Shown: positions 50,950 through 61,424, counted from the stretch's first letter. The stretch is 64,000 bases of DNA from an uncultured virus (IMG/VR IMGVR_UViG_3300044635_001663) (IMGVR_UViG_3300044635_001663:62001-126000); one strand, 5' to 3'. The notes: a model not told the origin generated them from the sequence alone. Translations and numbers: made by a program.

Positions 50950-52054
50950 TCAGCAGCAACTCAAAGTAATTTGTGATGCTGCCTGTGATAAAATTACGGA
51001 CCTATTTCATTATTTTAATTTAGAGTATCGTGAGAACTCTAAGTTTTATAGTATGTGTTGTCCTATTCATAAGGGAGACAACCCGTCTGCTCTAAATATA
51101 TATCATATAGGAGATTCTTATAGAGGTAACTGGAAATGCAGAACTCATCAATGTGAAAAAATATTCAAAGGGTCTATTATTGGATTTATTAGAGGTATTA
51201 TATCTCAACAAAAATATGATTGGCAAGAAGAAGGGGATGATATAGCTTCGTTTAATGAAGCATTAGAATTTATACAAAAATTTGTCAACATAGATGCTGC
51301 TCATCTTTCTGTCGATCCTACTGTCAAAGATAAAAATATGTTCGTGGCTAATATGTCTATTGTTAGCAAAACATCAAAAAATACATCACATCAATATCCA
51401 ACTAGAGAATCTGTAAGAAATCTCTTAAATATTCCTAGTCCATATTTTTTACAAAGAGGATTTTCAGGTGAAATTTTAGACAAATATGATGTGGGAGACT
51501 GTACTGTTGTTGGAAAAGAAATGAATAATAGAGCAGTGGTTCCTATTTATGATACGACACATCAACATATGGTTGGGTGCTCTGGAAGAAGCGTATGCGA
51601 CAAATGCGACTCATGCGGAGGACACCACAATGCCGATATAAAGTGTGAAATAGGTAGGACATTCAGTAAATGGAGACATAGCAAGGGGTTTGCTACACAA
51701 ACTTCATTATATAATTTATGGTATGCTAAAGAATATGTTCAAAAAACAGGCTCTATTATCATAGTGGAGAGTCCTGGTAATGTTTGGAAATTAGAAATGG
51801 CTGGAATTCATAATGCTGTTGCTATTTATGGATCTTCGATGACAGATAAACAAAAAATGTTATTGGATATTTCTGGTGCTATGAATATATATTTATTATT
51901 GGATAACGACGAAGCCGGACATAGCGGCAGAAAAGTAATAGAAAGTAAATGTCATAAAACATATAATATATATAATATACATATCGATACAAACGACGTA
52001 GCCGATATGAGTGTGGAACAAATTCAGGAAGTTATAGGAAAACAAATACAATGA
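50882..52054 (+). CDS. dnaG: DNA primase (CHC2-like zinc finger + TOPRIM)
   Basis: CPIH...C...C, SGR, LYNL, IIVES, LDNDEAG. Confidence 0.85.
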   Translation: METAATMDSPYKNQTQKKFRSIDQQQLKVICDAACDKITDLFHYFNLEYRENSKFYSMCCPIHKGDNPSALNIYHIGDSYRGNWKCRTHQCEKIFKGSIIGFIRGIISQQKYDWQEEGDDIASFNEALEFIQKFVNIDAAHLSVDPTVKDKNMFVANMSIVSKTSKNTSHQYPTRESVRNLLNIPSPYFLQRGFSGEILDKYDVGDCTVVGKEMNNRAVVPIYDTTHQHMVGCSGRSVCDKCDSCGGHHNADIKCEIGRTFSKWRHSKGFATQTSLYNLWYAKEYVQKTGSIIIVESPGNVWKLEMAGIHNAVAIYGSSMTDKQKMLLDISGAMNIYLLLDNDEAGHSGRKVIESKCHKTYNIYNIHIDTNDVADMSVEQIQEVIGKQIQ

Positions 52055-52785
52055 CAAAAATTATAGGTTTTTCAGGTAAAAAACAATCTGGCAAAAGCAG
52101 CTGTGCTAATTTTTTATACGCTAATTTTTTAGCAAATACGAATGCCTTTACTAAGGTAATTATGAATAACTTCGGACAAATAGAAGTTATTAAACCAGAT
52201 AATTCTCAACATATTGTTGACGTATTTGATTATTATCATCTTCGACCAAATATTGATACTTATATTTTAGATGTTATACAAAAATTGTCTGGATCAATTA
52301 AAGTCTATAGTTTTGCAGATATTCTGAAAAAACAAATATGTATCGACATACTAGGATTAACATACGAACAGTGTTACGGCACAGATGAACAAAAAAATAC
52401 AACGACCGATATGAGCTTAGACGGTCAGTCTCTAACAGCTAGAGAAGTTATGCAAATTGTCGGCACAGACTTTTTTAGAAAAATCAAAGTAGATATTTGG
52501 CCAGAATCAACAATAAGAAAAATTTTAATGGACCAACCACAAATTGCTCTTATTAACGACTGTAGATTTCCTAATGAAGTAGCTGCAATCAAAAATCATA
52601 ATGGCTGTGTTATCAGGCTAACAAGAAATATTTATGGAGATGACTCATCTCATGAATCAGAAAATATTTTGAATCAAGATAGATACGATTGGAATAATTT
52701 TAATTATATATTGGATAATAGTAATCTAGATATACTTCAACAGTCAGAACAATTATTTCCAATTTTTATAGAAAACATAAAATGA
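52051..52785 (+). CDS. Deoxynucleoside monophosphate kinase
   Basis: GKKQSGKS, FADILK, REVMQIVGT, DCRFPNE. Confidence 0.88.
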   Translation: MTKIIGFSGKKQSGKSSCANFLYANFLANTNAFTKVIMNNFGQIEVIKPDNSQHIVDVFDYYHLRPNIDTYILDVIQKLSGSIKVYSFADILKKQICIDILGLTYEQCYGTDEQKNTTTDMSLDGQSLTAREVMQIVGTDFFRKIKVDIWPESTIRKILMDQPQIALINDCRFPNEVAAIKNHNGCVIRLTRNIYGDDSSHESENILNQDRYDWNNFNYILDNSNLDILQQSEQLFPIFIENIK

Positions 52786-53822
52786 TTATTACTTATTTTC
52801 GTAGTTCATCTTTTAATGCTCACTCTATGTGTGAGCAACAATATTTTGGAGAATATGTATTAGGATGGAGAGGTCTTTCAGGTAAAAAAGCAGACAAGGG
52901 AACAATTGTACATAAAATTTTAGAGATTCTGGCTTTTATTAAAAAAGCAGAACAAAATAACCAGATCACTATTGTAGATGATGTTGTTGGAGAATTAGAT
53001 GTTAATAACTACGATTTAGATACTATTATTGAACAGGTATATGATTATTATACAAACACAAACCAACATCATAAATGGATGCCAGTAGATAAAAAGGATT
53101 GTCGAGAATGGGTATATAAAACCTTAAATTATAATAATGGGATGTTTGATCCTAGAAAAAGACATATAGTTGAAGCAGAACAGCACTTTGATTTTGAAAT
53201 AAAAAAACCATGGAGCAAATACAGTTTTACTATAGACGATCAAGAAATATCCGGTCATTTGGCACTAAAAGGTACTATTGATCTTATAACTAAGGTAAAT
53301 GATAATACATTAGAAATTATAGACTGGAAAACAGGTAAAAGATTAAATTGGGCTACTGGTAAAACTAAAGAACAAGAAGACTTAGAAAAAGATCCACAAT
53401 TAAGAATTTATCATTATGCTTTAACTCGCTTATATCCAGAAATTGATCATGTAATAGTTTCTATTAATTTTATTAACGATGGTGGGGCTTTCTCTATTTG
53501 TTTTGATAAAAAGGACTTAATAGCGACAGAAGACATGTTGAGACAAAAATTTGAAATCATAAAAAAATCAAAGAAGCCAAAATTGACAAAATCGTGGATG
53601 TGTAGTAAGCTGTGTCATTTGGGAAAAACCACGTTCGAAAATACCGCAGTCCCCCCACTTGTTGAATACAGAGATGGTCAAATATCTCCTAAAGATAAGT
53701 ATATGACTAAATGTGAACAAATCAAACACGATATTGAATTATATGATATTCAATTTGTTACACAGCAGTATAAACATCCTAATCATAATTTTGGCTTTTA
53801 TAAACCACCGGGACAAACATGA
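52782..53822 (+). CDS. PD-(D/E)xK exonuclease (RecB/Cas4-like)
   Basis: GTIVHKILE, GTIDL, IIDWKTG, QLRIY, N-terminal Cys and CSKLC. Confidence 0.85.
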   Translation: MIITYFRSSSFNAHSMCEQQYFGEYVLGWRGLSGKKADKGTIVHKILEILAFIKKAEQNNQITIVDDVVGELDVNNYDLDTIIEQVYDYYTNTNQHHKWMPVDKKDCREWVYKTLNYNNGMFDPRKRHIVEAEQHFDFEIKKPWSKYSFTIDDQEISGHLALKGTIDLITKVNDNTLEIIDWKTGKRLNWATGKTKEQEDLEKDPQLRIYHYALTRLYPEIDHVIVSINFINDGGAFSICFDKKDLIATEDMLRQKFEIIKKSKKPKLTKSWMCSKLCHLGKTTFENTAVPPLVEYRDGQISPKDKYMTKCEQIKHDIELYDIQFVTQQYKHPNHNFGFYKPPGQT

Positions 53823-55693
53823 AAACATATATTCCTCTACATGTACACAGTCATTATTCCTTACTTGATGGTTTGTCAAAACCTGATCAAATAGCGGATA
53901 GGTGTGCAGAAATAGGTGTTGATACTTGTGCAATCACTGATCACGGGACTATATCCGGTACTGTAAAGTTTCACAGCATAATGAAAAAGAAGGGCATTAA
54001 ACCTATTCTTGGTTGTGAATTATATATTTGTGATCAATCTCCATCTACTAAAACCCCAGAAAACAGATCTTTAGCTCATTTATTAGTATTGGCAAAAAAC
54101 TATCAAGGATGGAAAACCCTAATAAAAATAGTTTCTGAATCAAACAATCCTGATTATTATTACTATAAACCTAGATTAGATATTCAAACATTAGGATCTC
54201 TGTTAGACGGTAATCTTATAGGCATATCTGGACACCTAGGATCGACTGTAGCAGATTGTATTGTTCGTGACGACAAAATAAAAGATGATTGGGAAACAGG
54301 GGCCATAAAACATATTGATCTATTACAGAATGCCTTTGGAAAAGATAATTTTTTCCTAGAAACACAATTAATGGATTCTCAGAATCTATTAATACAAAAA
54401 CATCTCACAGATTGTGTTAGAAAAATAGCTCGTCAAAAAAATATTAAAGCAATTTGTACACCCGATGCTCACTACTGTAGAAAAGAAGATGCTGTTGACC
54501 AAAGGATTCTGTTGTGCAATAATTTAAAAACTACGTTACCAGCTATAAATACAAAAATTCTAAATAAAGACGATGTCCCTATGGGCACCTTCTTTCTTTC
54601 TGATAATTATCATATATTAGATCATCAAGAAATGTCTGCTTTACATTTTGAAGAAGAATTAGACAATACTCACTATATAAATAGTTTATGCGAAAACTAT
54701 GATATAGTACACAAGCCAACTTTACCAGATTTTAAATGTCCAAACCAAATATCTGAAGACGAGTATCTTAGAGAATTATGTAGGCATGGATGGAAAAATA
54801 AAAATCTCAATAGTCTGGAAGATAATGTCAAAAATAATTATGTTGATCGTATAAAATACGAATTAGAGGTTCTACAGGGGGCTGGTCTGTCGAGTTATTT
54901 TCTTATCGTACAGGATATAGTTAATCATGTAAAACAAAATGACTGGCTTCCCGGCCCAGGAAGAGGAAGTGCGGCTGGATGTCTAGTATCATATTTAATA
55001 GGCATCACTAGTATAGATCCTATGCAATATGGACTACTGTTTGATAGATTTTATAATGCTGGTCGAAATACTAAAGATCATATTTCTATGCCAGATATTG
55101 ATATTGACGTACCTATCAACAAGAGAGAAGAAATTATTCAATATATTAAAAATCAGTATGGTTCTAGCAAAGTGTCTCAAATGATTACTTTTAATACTAT
55201 GAAAGGCAGAGGAGCTTTAAAAGACGTATTAAGAGTTTATGGTAATATTAGTTTTGATGAAATGAATATGATTACTAAAAATATACCAGATGAAGCAAAA
55301 ATTGCGGACGAACTACAAGAAATGAAAGACGAGTATGGGGAATCTTCGATTATTCGTTGGGCATTAGAAAATAATTCAGAAGGTCTTGAGCAGTGGTGCA
55401 AGATCGACGATGAAGGAAACTTGTCTGGCCCTCTGGCGAAGCGTTTCGAGCAGGCTATTAGGCTGGAAGGGACCAAAACCAACCAATCTAAACATGCGGC
55501 TGGTATCGCTATCAGTTCACAGGCTCTTGCCGAACTCTGTCCTATGGTTTATGATAGTAGGAACGAACAGACCATAGCCGGTATGGAGATGCAAGACCTA
55601 GAAAGTTTAGGTATTGTAAAATTCGATATTCTAGGTATCGCTATGCTAGATAAGATTATGTGCATAAAAGATTTATTATCTCATCAGGTCTGA
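53819..55693 (+). CDS. dnaE: DNA polymerase III alpha, N-terminal part (PHP, palm, thumb)
   Basis: HVHSHYSLLDG, TDHG, DAHY, GRGSAAG, MPDIDID, HAAG, KFDILG. Confidence 0.93.
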   Translation: MKTYIPLHVHSHYSLLDGLSKPDQIADRCAEIGVDTCAITDHGTISGTVKFHSIMKKKGIKPILGCELYICDQSPSTKTPENRSLAHLLVLAKNYQGWKTLIKIVSESNNPDYYYYKPRLDIQTLGSLLDGNLIGISGHLGSTVADCIVRDDKIKDDWETGAIKHIDLLQNAFGKDNFFLETQLMDSQNLLIQKHLTDCVRKIARQKNIKAICTPDAHYCRKEDAVDQRILLCNNLKTTLPAINTKILNKDDVPMGTFFLSDNYHILDHQEMSALHFEEELDNTHYINSLCENYDIVHKPTLPDFKCPNQISEDEYLRELCRHGWKNKNLNSLEDNVKNNYVDRIKYELEVLQGAGLSSYFLIVQDIVNHVKQNDWLPGPGRGSAAGCLVSYLIGITSIDPMQYGLLFDRFYNAGRNTKDHISMPDIDIDVPINKREEIIQYIKNQYGSSKVSQMITFNTMKGRGALKDVLRVYGNISFDEMNMITKNIPDEAKIADELQEMKDEYGESSIIRWALENNSEGLEQWCKIDDEGNLSGPLAKRFEQAIRLEGTKTNQSKHAAGIAISSQALAELCPMVYDSRNEQTIAGMEMQDLESLGIVKFDILGIAMLDKIMCIKDLLSHQV

Positions 55694-55717
55694 TTCCAAA
55701 AAGAAAGGGTTCTAAAT

Positions 55718-55897
55718 ATGTTAGAAAAACAGTTTATTGATATTGAGGTAAATTCTGTATTCGTATTAGATGATTTAGAATATACAAAGATAGGAGAAGA
55801 AAGACTTAGTTGTTGCAAGGTGCTTAATGCCATTCGTAACGACACCAAAGAAAAAGTCATGATTCTTCCATTACAGCGAGTAAAGGTTTCAGCATGA
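55718..55897 (+). CDS. 59-aa hypothetical protein (not in the ORF track)
   Basis: MLEKQFIDIEVNSVF...LSCCKVLNA...VKVSA; AAGGG upstream; ATGA overlap with the next gene. Confidence 0.65.
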   Translation: MLEKQFIDIEVNSVFVLDDLEYTKIGEERLSCCKVLNAIRNDTKEKVMILPLQRVKVSA

Positions 55898-56586
55898 AAT
55901 TTAGTAACAAAATATGTATCTTTGATCTAGAAACAGACGGAGTGAATCCTAATGTTTGTAGTGCAGTACAAATAGCTGCTGTGATAGTGGATCCAATAAA
56001 ATTAGAAATAGTTAAGGATTCCGAATTTAATATAATGCTTAAGCCAGAAAGCTTAGAACTCAATCCTAATCACGAATATGATAATGATATTCTAAATTTT
56101 CATGCCAAAGTTAGGAATTGTTCCAGAGATGATATTTTATGTTCGTGGAAAGAAGCTATGCCACAAAAACAAGCATGGTCCTTATTCTGTGGATATTTAG
56201 ATAAGTATCATTCGAGAACTAGTAAGAAAAATGAATTTTCTGCTCCTATAGCTTCTGGATATAATATCAACAGATTTGATCTAAAAATAGTTAATCGTAT
56301 GGCTCAAAAATTTAATACAGTCAATAAAGAAAACGATAGTAATATTTTTTACCCACGAGACGTAATAGATATTATGAATCTATTATATTATTGGTTTATG
56401 TATTTAGAAGATGTCAAATCAATATCATTAGATAATGTTAGAGATTATTTTTCTATATCTAAAGATAATGCTCACGACGCTCTAAAAGATGTAAAAGATT
56501 GTGCTGATATCTTACTTAGATTTTTAAAGTTACATAAGAATTTATCACAAAAAATTAAATTTAAGGGTGCCTTTGGAGATGTTTGA
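55894..56586 (+). CDS. DEDDh 3'-5' exonuclease (Pol III epsilon-like)
   Basis: FDLETDG, GYNINRFD, HDALKD. Confidence 0.88.
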   Translation: MKFSNKICIFDLETDGVNPNVCSAVQIAAVIVDPIKLEIVKDSEFNIMLKPESLELNPNHEYDNDILNFHAKVRNCSRDDILCSWKEAMPQKQAWSLFCGYLDKYHSRTSKKNEFSAPIASGYNINRFDLKIVNRMAQKFNTVNKENDSNIFYPRDVIDIMNLLYYWFMYLEDVKSISLDNVRDYFSISKDNAHDALKDVKDCADILLRFLKLHKNLSQKIKFKGAFGDV

Positions 56587-58129
56587 AGCAGATATATCTA
56601 AAATTGATTTGGCTTGTTCCAAAACCTGGAATTTAATATCAAATGGAAATACTAAGGGGTGTTTTCAGTTGGAGTCCAGGCTAGGAAGGTCTTTGGCTAA
56701 AAAACTAAAACCATCAAATATAGAAGAATTAGCTGCACTAATTTCTATTATGCGACCAGGATGTTTGGAGGCATATAGAGACGGAAAAAGCGTAACCAGT
56801 CACTATATCGACAAAAAGAATGGTGTCGAAGATATCGATTATTTTCATGAGTGTTTGGAGCCTATTCTGAATACTACATATGGTGAAATGGTATATCAGG
56901 AACAAGCTATGCAAATAGCTAAAGATATTGCTGGTTTCGATTTGCAAGAAGCAGACAATTTGCGTAAAGCTATTGGTAAAAAGAAACCAGAAGAAATGGC
57001 AAAACTTAAAATCAAATTTATAGACGGTTGTGCTAATAGAAAATTATTAAATGCAGAACAAGCTGATCAGGTTTTCGGATGGATCGAAAAAAGTCAAAGA
57101 TATTCTTTTAATAAATCGCACGCTATTAGTTATGCTATGAATTGTTACTTATCAGCATATGCTAAAGCTCACTATCCTGTTTATTTTTTTACGGCTTACC
57201 TAAGATTTGCCAAAGATAAAATAGATCCTCAACAAGAAATTAAAGAACTGGTACAAAATGCTATAGAGATGGGAATTAGTATATGTAATCCAGATGTAAG
57301 AATGCTAAACGATCTTATAGAACTTAAAAACCAACATATATATTTCGGACTAACAGATATTAAAGGTTTTGGTCAATCAGCATTTAAAAAACTAAAACAC
57401 CTAATACATACAGACAATCTAGATCTTGCTAAATTAAAATGGACAGAATTTTTGATAGATGTTTTGTATGAATTGAATTCCACAGCTAGTAAAGCACTAA
57501 TTCAATCCGGAGCATTGGATTATTTGAAGTTACACAGAAACAAAATGCTGTTGGATTACAGTATGTTATTAGAATTAACACCCAAAGAGGTCGCTCTACT
57601 TAAGAGTATATCTTTGAACACAGATGATCTATATACTAGTCTGTGTCAATTAAAAGAAAAAATAACTTTGAATAAACGTAAAGAAATAGTCAATAATTTA
57701 TGTAAAACAATGAAAAATCCTCCATTTTCCATTGAAGACTCTATAGAATGGCTTGTTGATACTGAGAACATGTTGTTGGGTTATTCTATCTCCTGTTCTA
57801 AAATAGACATGTATGATATTCACATGGTAAGTCATTCTTGTAGAGACATTAAGCATAATAAATGCAGCAACAATAATTTGATGGTGGCCGGTGAGATAGA
57901 GAATATCAATATAGTCAAAACAAAGAAGGGCAAAAATGCTGGAGCCGAGATGGCTTTTCTATCCATAAATGATGGTACTGCCTGTTTGGATTCTGTGGTA
58001 TATTTTCCAGAAACTTTTAGACAATACCGTAACCAATTATTTGAAGGTAATATTATTATCATCAAGGGCAATATATCTAAAAATAAGGATTCGTTTGTTG
58101 CTGAAAAGACGTTTTTAGCAAAAACTTGA
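56567..58129 (+). CDS. dnaE: DNA polymerase III alpha, C-terminal part (fingers, HhH, OB)
   Basis: FQLES, RPG, YQEQ, LRKAIGKK, YSFNKSHA, GLTDIKGFG, MAFL. Confidence 0.92.
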   Translation: MPLEMFEADISKIDLACSKTWNLISNGNTKGCFQLESRLGRSLAKKLKPSNIEELAALISIMRPGCLEAYRDGKSVTSHYIDKKNGVEDIDYFHECLEPILNTTYGEMVYQEQAMQIAKDIAGFDLQEADNLRKAIGKKKPEEMAKLKIKFIDGCANRKLLNAEQADQVFGWIEKSQRYSFNKSHAISYAMNCYLSAYAKAHYPVYFFTAYLRFAKDKIDPQQEIKELVQNAIEMGISICNPDVRMLNDLIELKNQHIYFGLTDIKGFGQSAFKKLKHLIHTDNLDLAKLKWTEFLIDVLYELNSTASKALIQSGALDYLKLHRNKMLLDYSMLLELTPKEVALLKSISLNTDDLYTSLCQLKEKITLNKRKEIVNNLCKTMKNPPFSIEDSIEWLVDTENMLLGYSISCSKIDMYDIHMVSHSCRDIKHNKCSNNNLMVAGEIENINIVKTKKGKNAGAEMAFLSINDGTACLDSVVYFPETFRQYRNQLFEGNIIIIKGNISKNKDSFVAEKTFLAKT

Positions 58130-58154
58130 CATGCTGGTACACCACCAATACTAT
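58126..58154 (+). promoter_or_regulatory. sigma70-type promoter for ssb
   Basis: TTGACA-N17-TACTAT. Confidence 0.6.
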
Positions 58155-58201
58155 ACTGTGCGTTTGCGTGATTTTTAACTTTTTACAAAGGAAATTTGAA
58201 T

Positions 58202-58570
58202 ATGAATATTGTATTACTTAGAGGTAATCTAACTCGTGATCCTGAGATTAGGAAAATCGAAGGCAGATCAAAGCCTGTGTCTGTGGTAAATTTCACCATT
58301 GCTGTATCTCGTGAATATACCAAGGCTTCTGGCGAAAAGGATAAGATTACCACTTTTGTTAATTGCGAAGCTTGGGATTCTGGAGCAGAGATTATAGCGG
58401 AATCCTTTAGGAAGGGTGACTTGGTAATGGTAGAAGGATCTCTTAGAAATGACTCGTGGGAAAAGGATGGGGTCAAGCATAGTACTCTACGTATTAGAGT
58501 AAACAACTTTTCTAAGATCACCAAGCTGTCTAAGTCTCAGTCAGTTGATACAGAGGCTGTGGCTTTCTAA
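58202..58570 (+). CDS. ssb: Single-stranded DNA-binding protein
   Basis: GNLTRDPE, FTIAVSR, KGDLVMVEGSL, C-terminal EAVAF. Confidence 0.93.
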   Translation: MNIVLLRGNLTRDPEIRKIEGRSKPVSVVNFTIAVSREYTKASGEKDKITTFVNCEAWDSGAEIIAESFRKGDLVMVEGSLRNDSWEKDGVKHSTLRIRVNNFSKITKLSKSQSVDTEAVAF

Positions 58571-58594
58571 GTTATCCCATAAACAGATTTAAAG

Positions 58595-58628
58595 ATGGGG
58601 CTGTTGAAAAAAGACAGCCCTATTTTTA
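58595..58628 (+). terminator. Intrinsic terminator
   Basis: ATGGGGCTGT...ACAGCCCTAT stem plus T tract after ssb. Confidence 0.75.
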
Positions 58629-58645
58629 TAAACACACAAATTTTC

Positions 58646-60325
58646 ATGACTAATCAAAAACATAAAACTAGAATTTTAGTATGTTCAGAATCATCTAAAG
58701 TTTCTTCAGGCTTTGGAACATACAATAAAGCCTTGCTAAAAGGATTATTTGAAAGCAATAAATATGAAATTGCTGAGTTTGCTTCATATGGATTAATAGG
58801 GGATAAAGAAAAGTTTAATATCCCATGGAAGTACTATCCAAATGCGATAGAAAAAGATGATAAAAGAGAACAGTTATATAATAGCTCTCCCGAAAACCAA
58901 TTCGGCAAATGGCGTTTTGATAGAGTTGTTTTAGATTTTAAGCCGGAAATAGTTATAGACATTAGAGATTATTGGATGTCTGCGTATCAGAGGTTTTCTC
59001 CTTTACGCAAATATTTTCATTGGATTCTTATGCCAACCATAGATTCATTTCCTCAAAAAGAGGAATGGCTAGATACTTATATCAATGCTAATGCTGTATT
59101 TACATATAGTGACTGGGGAGCAGAAGTCCTAAAACAGCAAACAAGTAATAAGATTAAATATATATCAACAGCATCTCCAGCAGCTAATGCCTCAAGTTAT
59201 CAGCAGGTTTCACTAGCTCAAAAACAAGAAATAAAGGGTTCATTAGCTCTATCAAAAGACAATATCGTCATTGGTACTGTAATGAGAAACCAAAAGAGAA
59301 AACTTTTCCCTGAATTAATCCAAGCTTTCGAAGCGTTAGTTGATCGTTTGCGTAATGAACAATCAGAAAAAAGCAATCAAATTATATTATATTTGCACAC
59401 AAGTTATCCCGATGCTGGATGGGATATGTTTGAGTTAATCAAGAATAGTAAGGTTTCAAATAAAATATACTTTACATATTGGTGCAGAAGCTGCAACGCT
59501 ATTTTTGCATCAAATTTAGCTGGCTTTACACAAAAATGCTATAAGTGTAAACAAAAGTCTGCCATAATACCGAATGTTGGAAACGCTATAGGAGAAGCGG
59601 CATTAGGTAAAATAATGTCAATATTCGATGTATATGTTCAATATTCTATCTGTGAAGGCTTTGGTATGCCCCAGGTTGAGGCAAGCTACTGTGGGGTTCC
59701 TGTTTTAACCGTAAATTATAGCGCAATGGAGGACATGATTAAAAAAATCAATGCCCAACCCATTAAGCTCGGATTAAAATTCAAAGAATTGGAAACAGGG
59801 GCTATCAGAGTATATCCAGATAAAGATGATACTGTAGATAAATTATATTCTTTGATCCATAAACCTCAGAATATATTAGCTAAAATAGGTTTTACTAATA
59901 AAAATTTAGCAACCAATGAGTACTCCTGGCAGGATACTGTTCAGAAGTGGATGGATTATATAGACACTGTTGATACGGATTACTATCGTAGTCGATGGGA
60001 AAATATGTCTTATCAACAAATTCCAACTATAAATATTAATCCAGAAATAAGAGATAAAACAGTTTATGAACAAATTTATAGTCTACATAATCAATTTAAA
60101 TCAACAGGACTAGATATGTCTACCTATTGGTTATTAAAAAACATATATTTTGCACAAAACTCAATGCTGTACGACGGAGCGTCTGTTGTGTCGTACTCTA
60201 TTAATAATATTATCAAAGATATCAATAGTATTATTACTAACTATAATAATGTAGAATATGCTAGATGTAATCCGTCATTGTTAACTAGTGAAGATTTTAT
60301 AGATTATGCAAACAAAACAACCTAA
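58646..60325 (+). CDS. GT4 glycosyltransferase with a CxxC..CxxC insert
   Basis: SGFG, RNQKRK, EGFGMPQVEA; CRSC...CYKC. Confidence 0.85.
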   Translation: MTNQKHKTRILVCSESSKVSSGFGTYNKALLKGLFESNKYEIAEFASYGLIGDKEKFNIPWKYYPNAIEKDDKREQLYNSSPENQFGKWRFDRVVLDFKPEIVIDIRDYWMSAYQRFSPLRKYFHWILMPTIDSFPQKEEWLDTYINANAVFTYSDWGAEVLKQQTSNKIKYISTASPAANASSYQQVSLAQKQEIKGSLALSKDNIVIGTVMRNQKRKLFPELIQAFEALVDRLRNEQSEKSNQIILYLHTSYPDAGWDMFELIKNSKVSNKIYFTYWCRSCNAIFASNLAGFTQKCYKCKQKSAIIPNVGNAIGEAALGKIMSIFDVYVQYSICEGFGMPQVEASYCGVPVLTVNYSAMEDMIKKINAQPIKLGLKFKELETGAIRVYPDKDDTVDKLYSLIHKPQNILAKIGFTNKNLATNEYSWQDTVQKWMDYIDTVDTDYYRSRWENMSYQQIPTININPEIRDKTVYEQIYSLHNQFKSTGLDMSTYWLLKNIYFAQNSMLYDGASVVSYSINNIIKDINSIITNYNNVEYARCNPSLLTSEDFIDYANKTT

Positions 60326-61424
60326 AAATATATTATACATAGCTCCATATAGACAGCATGATGGTTGGGGACTAGCGTCTAGAGATTATCTATTAGCTTT
60401 ATTAAGCACACACCATAATGTGGTTCCCGTCTCTTTCTATACTAATAGAGGAGCTAAATGTGTTATAGATAATAAACAAATACTTAATGCGGAAAAACAA
60501 TCCTATACTTATTATGATTATGTTATACAAAAATCTATGCCTCAGTCTTTTGTGTATAATGGAGATTTTGGGAAAAATATAGGATTAACAGTTATAGAAA
60601 ACAATAGATTCTTTTCCTCCGGAATAGCATCTATTAATATTATGGATCAGTTATTAGTCCCGTCTTTAAAAGAAAAAAATGCACTGATAAATTCTGGTGT
60701 TCGTATACCAATATCGACTATTTCTCAACCCATCGATACTAATCTAATAAAAAATCATTCAAGTAAAGTATTAGATATGGGCTTATCCTCTAATACGTTT
60801 AAATTTTATTTTATTGGAGAATATATTCAAAGAAAAAACATAAAAGATATTATTATTGCTTTTAATTTAGAATTCGATATTAACGAACCAGTAGAACTAA
60901 TAATAAAAACATCTATGCCGGGATTAACAAGCGAACAAGCTAAACAACATATAGAGCAAGATATTGTAAAACTGAAAACACGCTTCAGAATTAAAAATAA
61001 ATATAAGACAGAAACCATAATTACTAAACGACTATCAGATTTAGAGATGCAATCATTACACAAAACGTGCGATTGTTTTGTTGCCGTATCCTATGGAGAA
61101 GCATTTTGTAGACCAGCGGCAGAAGCGGTTTGTTCTGGCAACACGGCTATCCTATCAGACGGTATTGGTATCTCAGAAATGTTAGACACTGATGACTTTT
61201 ATTATGTGCAAAGCTCTGAGCAACCAGTACTCATGGAAGACACAACATATGTAAATGGTCTAGATTTTTATAATGCAAATGAGACATGGTTTATTCCAAG
61301 TATTATGCATTTAAGACAACAAATGAGATCTGCTTTTAATGATAAAAAAACTGTTTCTGATACTAAATATTTAGAGAGATTCAGTTACAATAATATAGGA
61401 CAACAAATATGTCAATCAATTTAA
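60306..61424 (+). CDS. GT4 glycosyltransferase
   Basis: DGWG, GEYIQRKN, SYGEAFCRPAAEA. Confidence 0.85.
   Translation: MQTKQPKNILYIAPYRQHDGWGLASRDYLLALLSTHHNVVPVSFYTNRGAKCVIDNKQILNAEKQSYTYYDYVIQKSMPQSFVYNGDFGKNIGLTVIENNRFFSSGIASINIMDQLLVPSLKEKNALINSGVRIPISTISQPIDTNLIKNHSSKVLDMGLSSNTFKFYFIGEYIQRKNIKDIIIAFNLEFDINEPVELIIKTSMPGLTSEQAKQHIEQDIVKLKTRFRIKNKYKTETIITKRLSDLEMQSLHKTCDCFVAVSYGEAFCRPAAEAVCSGNTAILSDGIGISEMLDTDDFYYVQSSEQPVLMEDTTYVNGLDFYNANETWFIPSIMHLRQQMRSAFNDKKTVSDTKYLERFSYNNIGQQICQSI

Noticed and set aside
52782..53822. Cas4-like gene as part of a CRISPR system
   Set aside because: It stands alone in a replication operon, which is common for phage exonucleases
40912..58129. Inteins or introns in nrdJ, recA, dnaB or dnaE
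   Set aside because: Protein lengths are normal and no splicing motifs or homing-endonuclease inserts were seen
58595..58645. ORF-track start for the GT4 gene
   Set aside because: It lies inside the ssb terminator; ATG 58646 is more plausible
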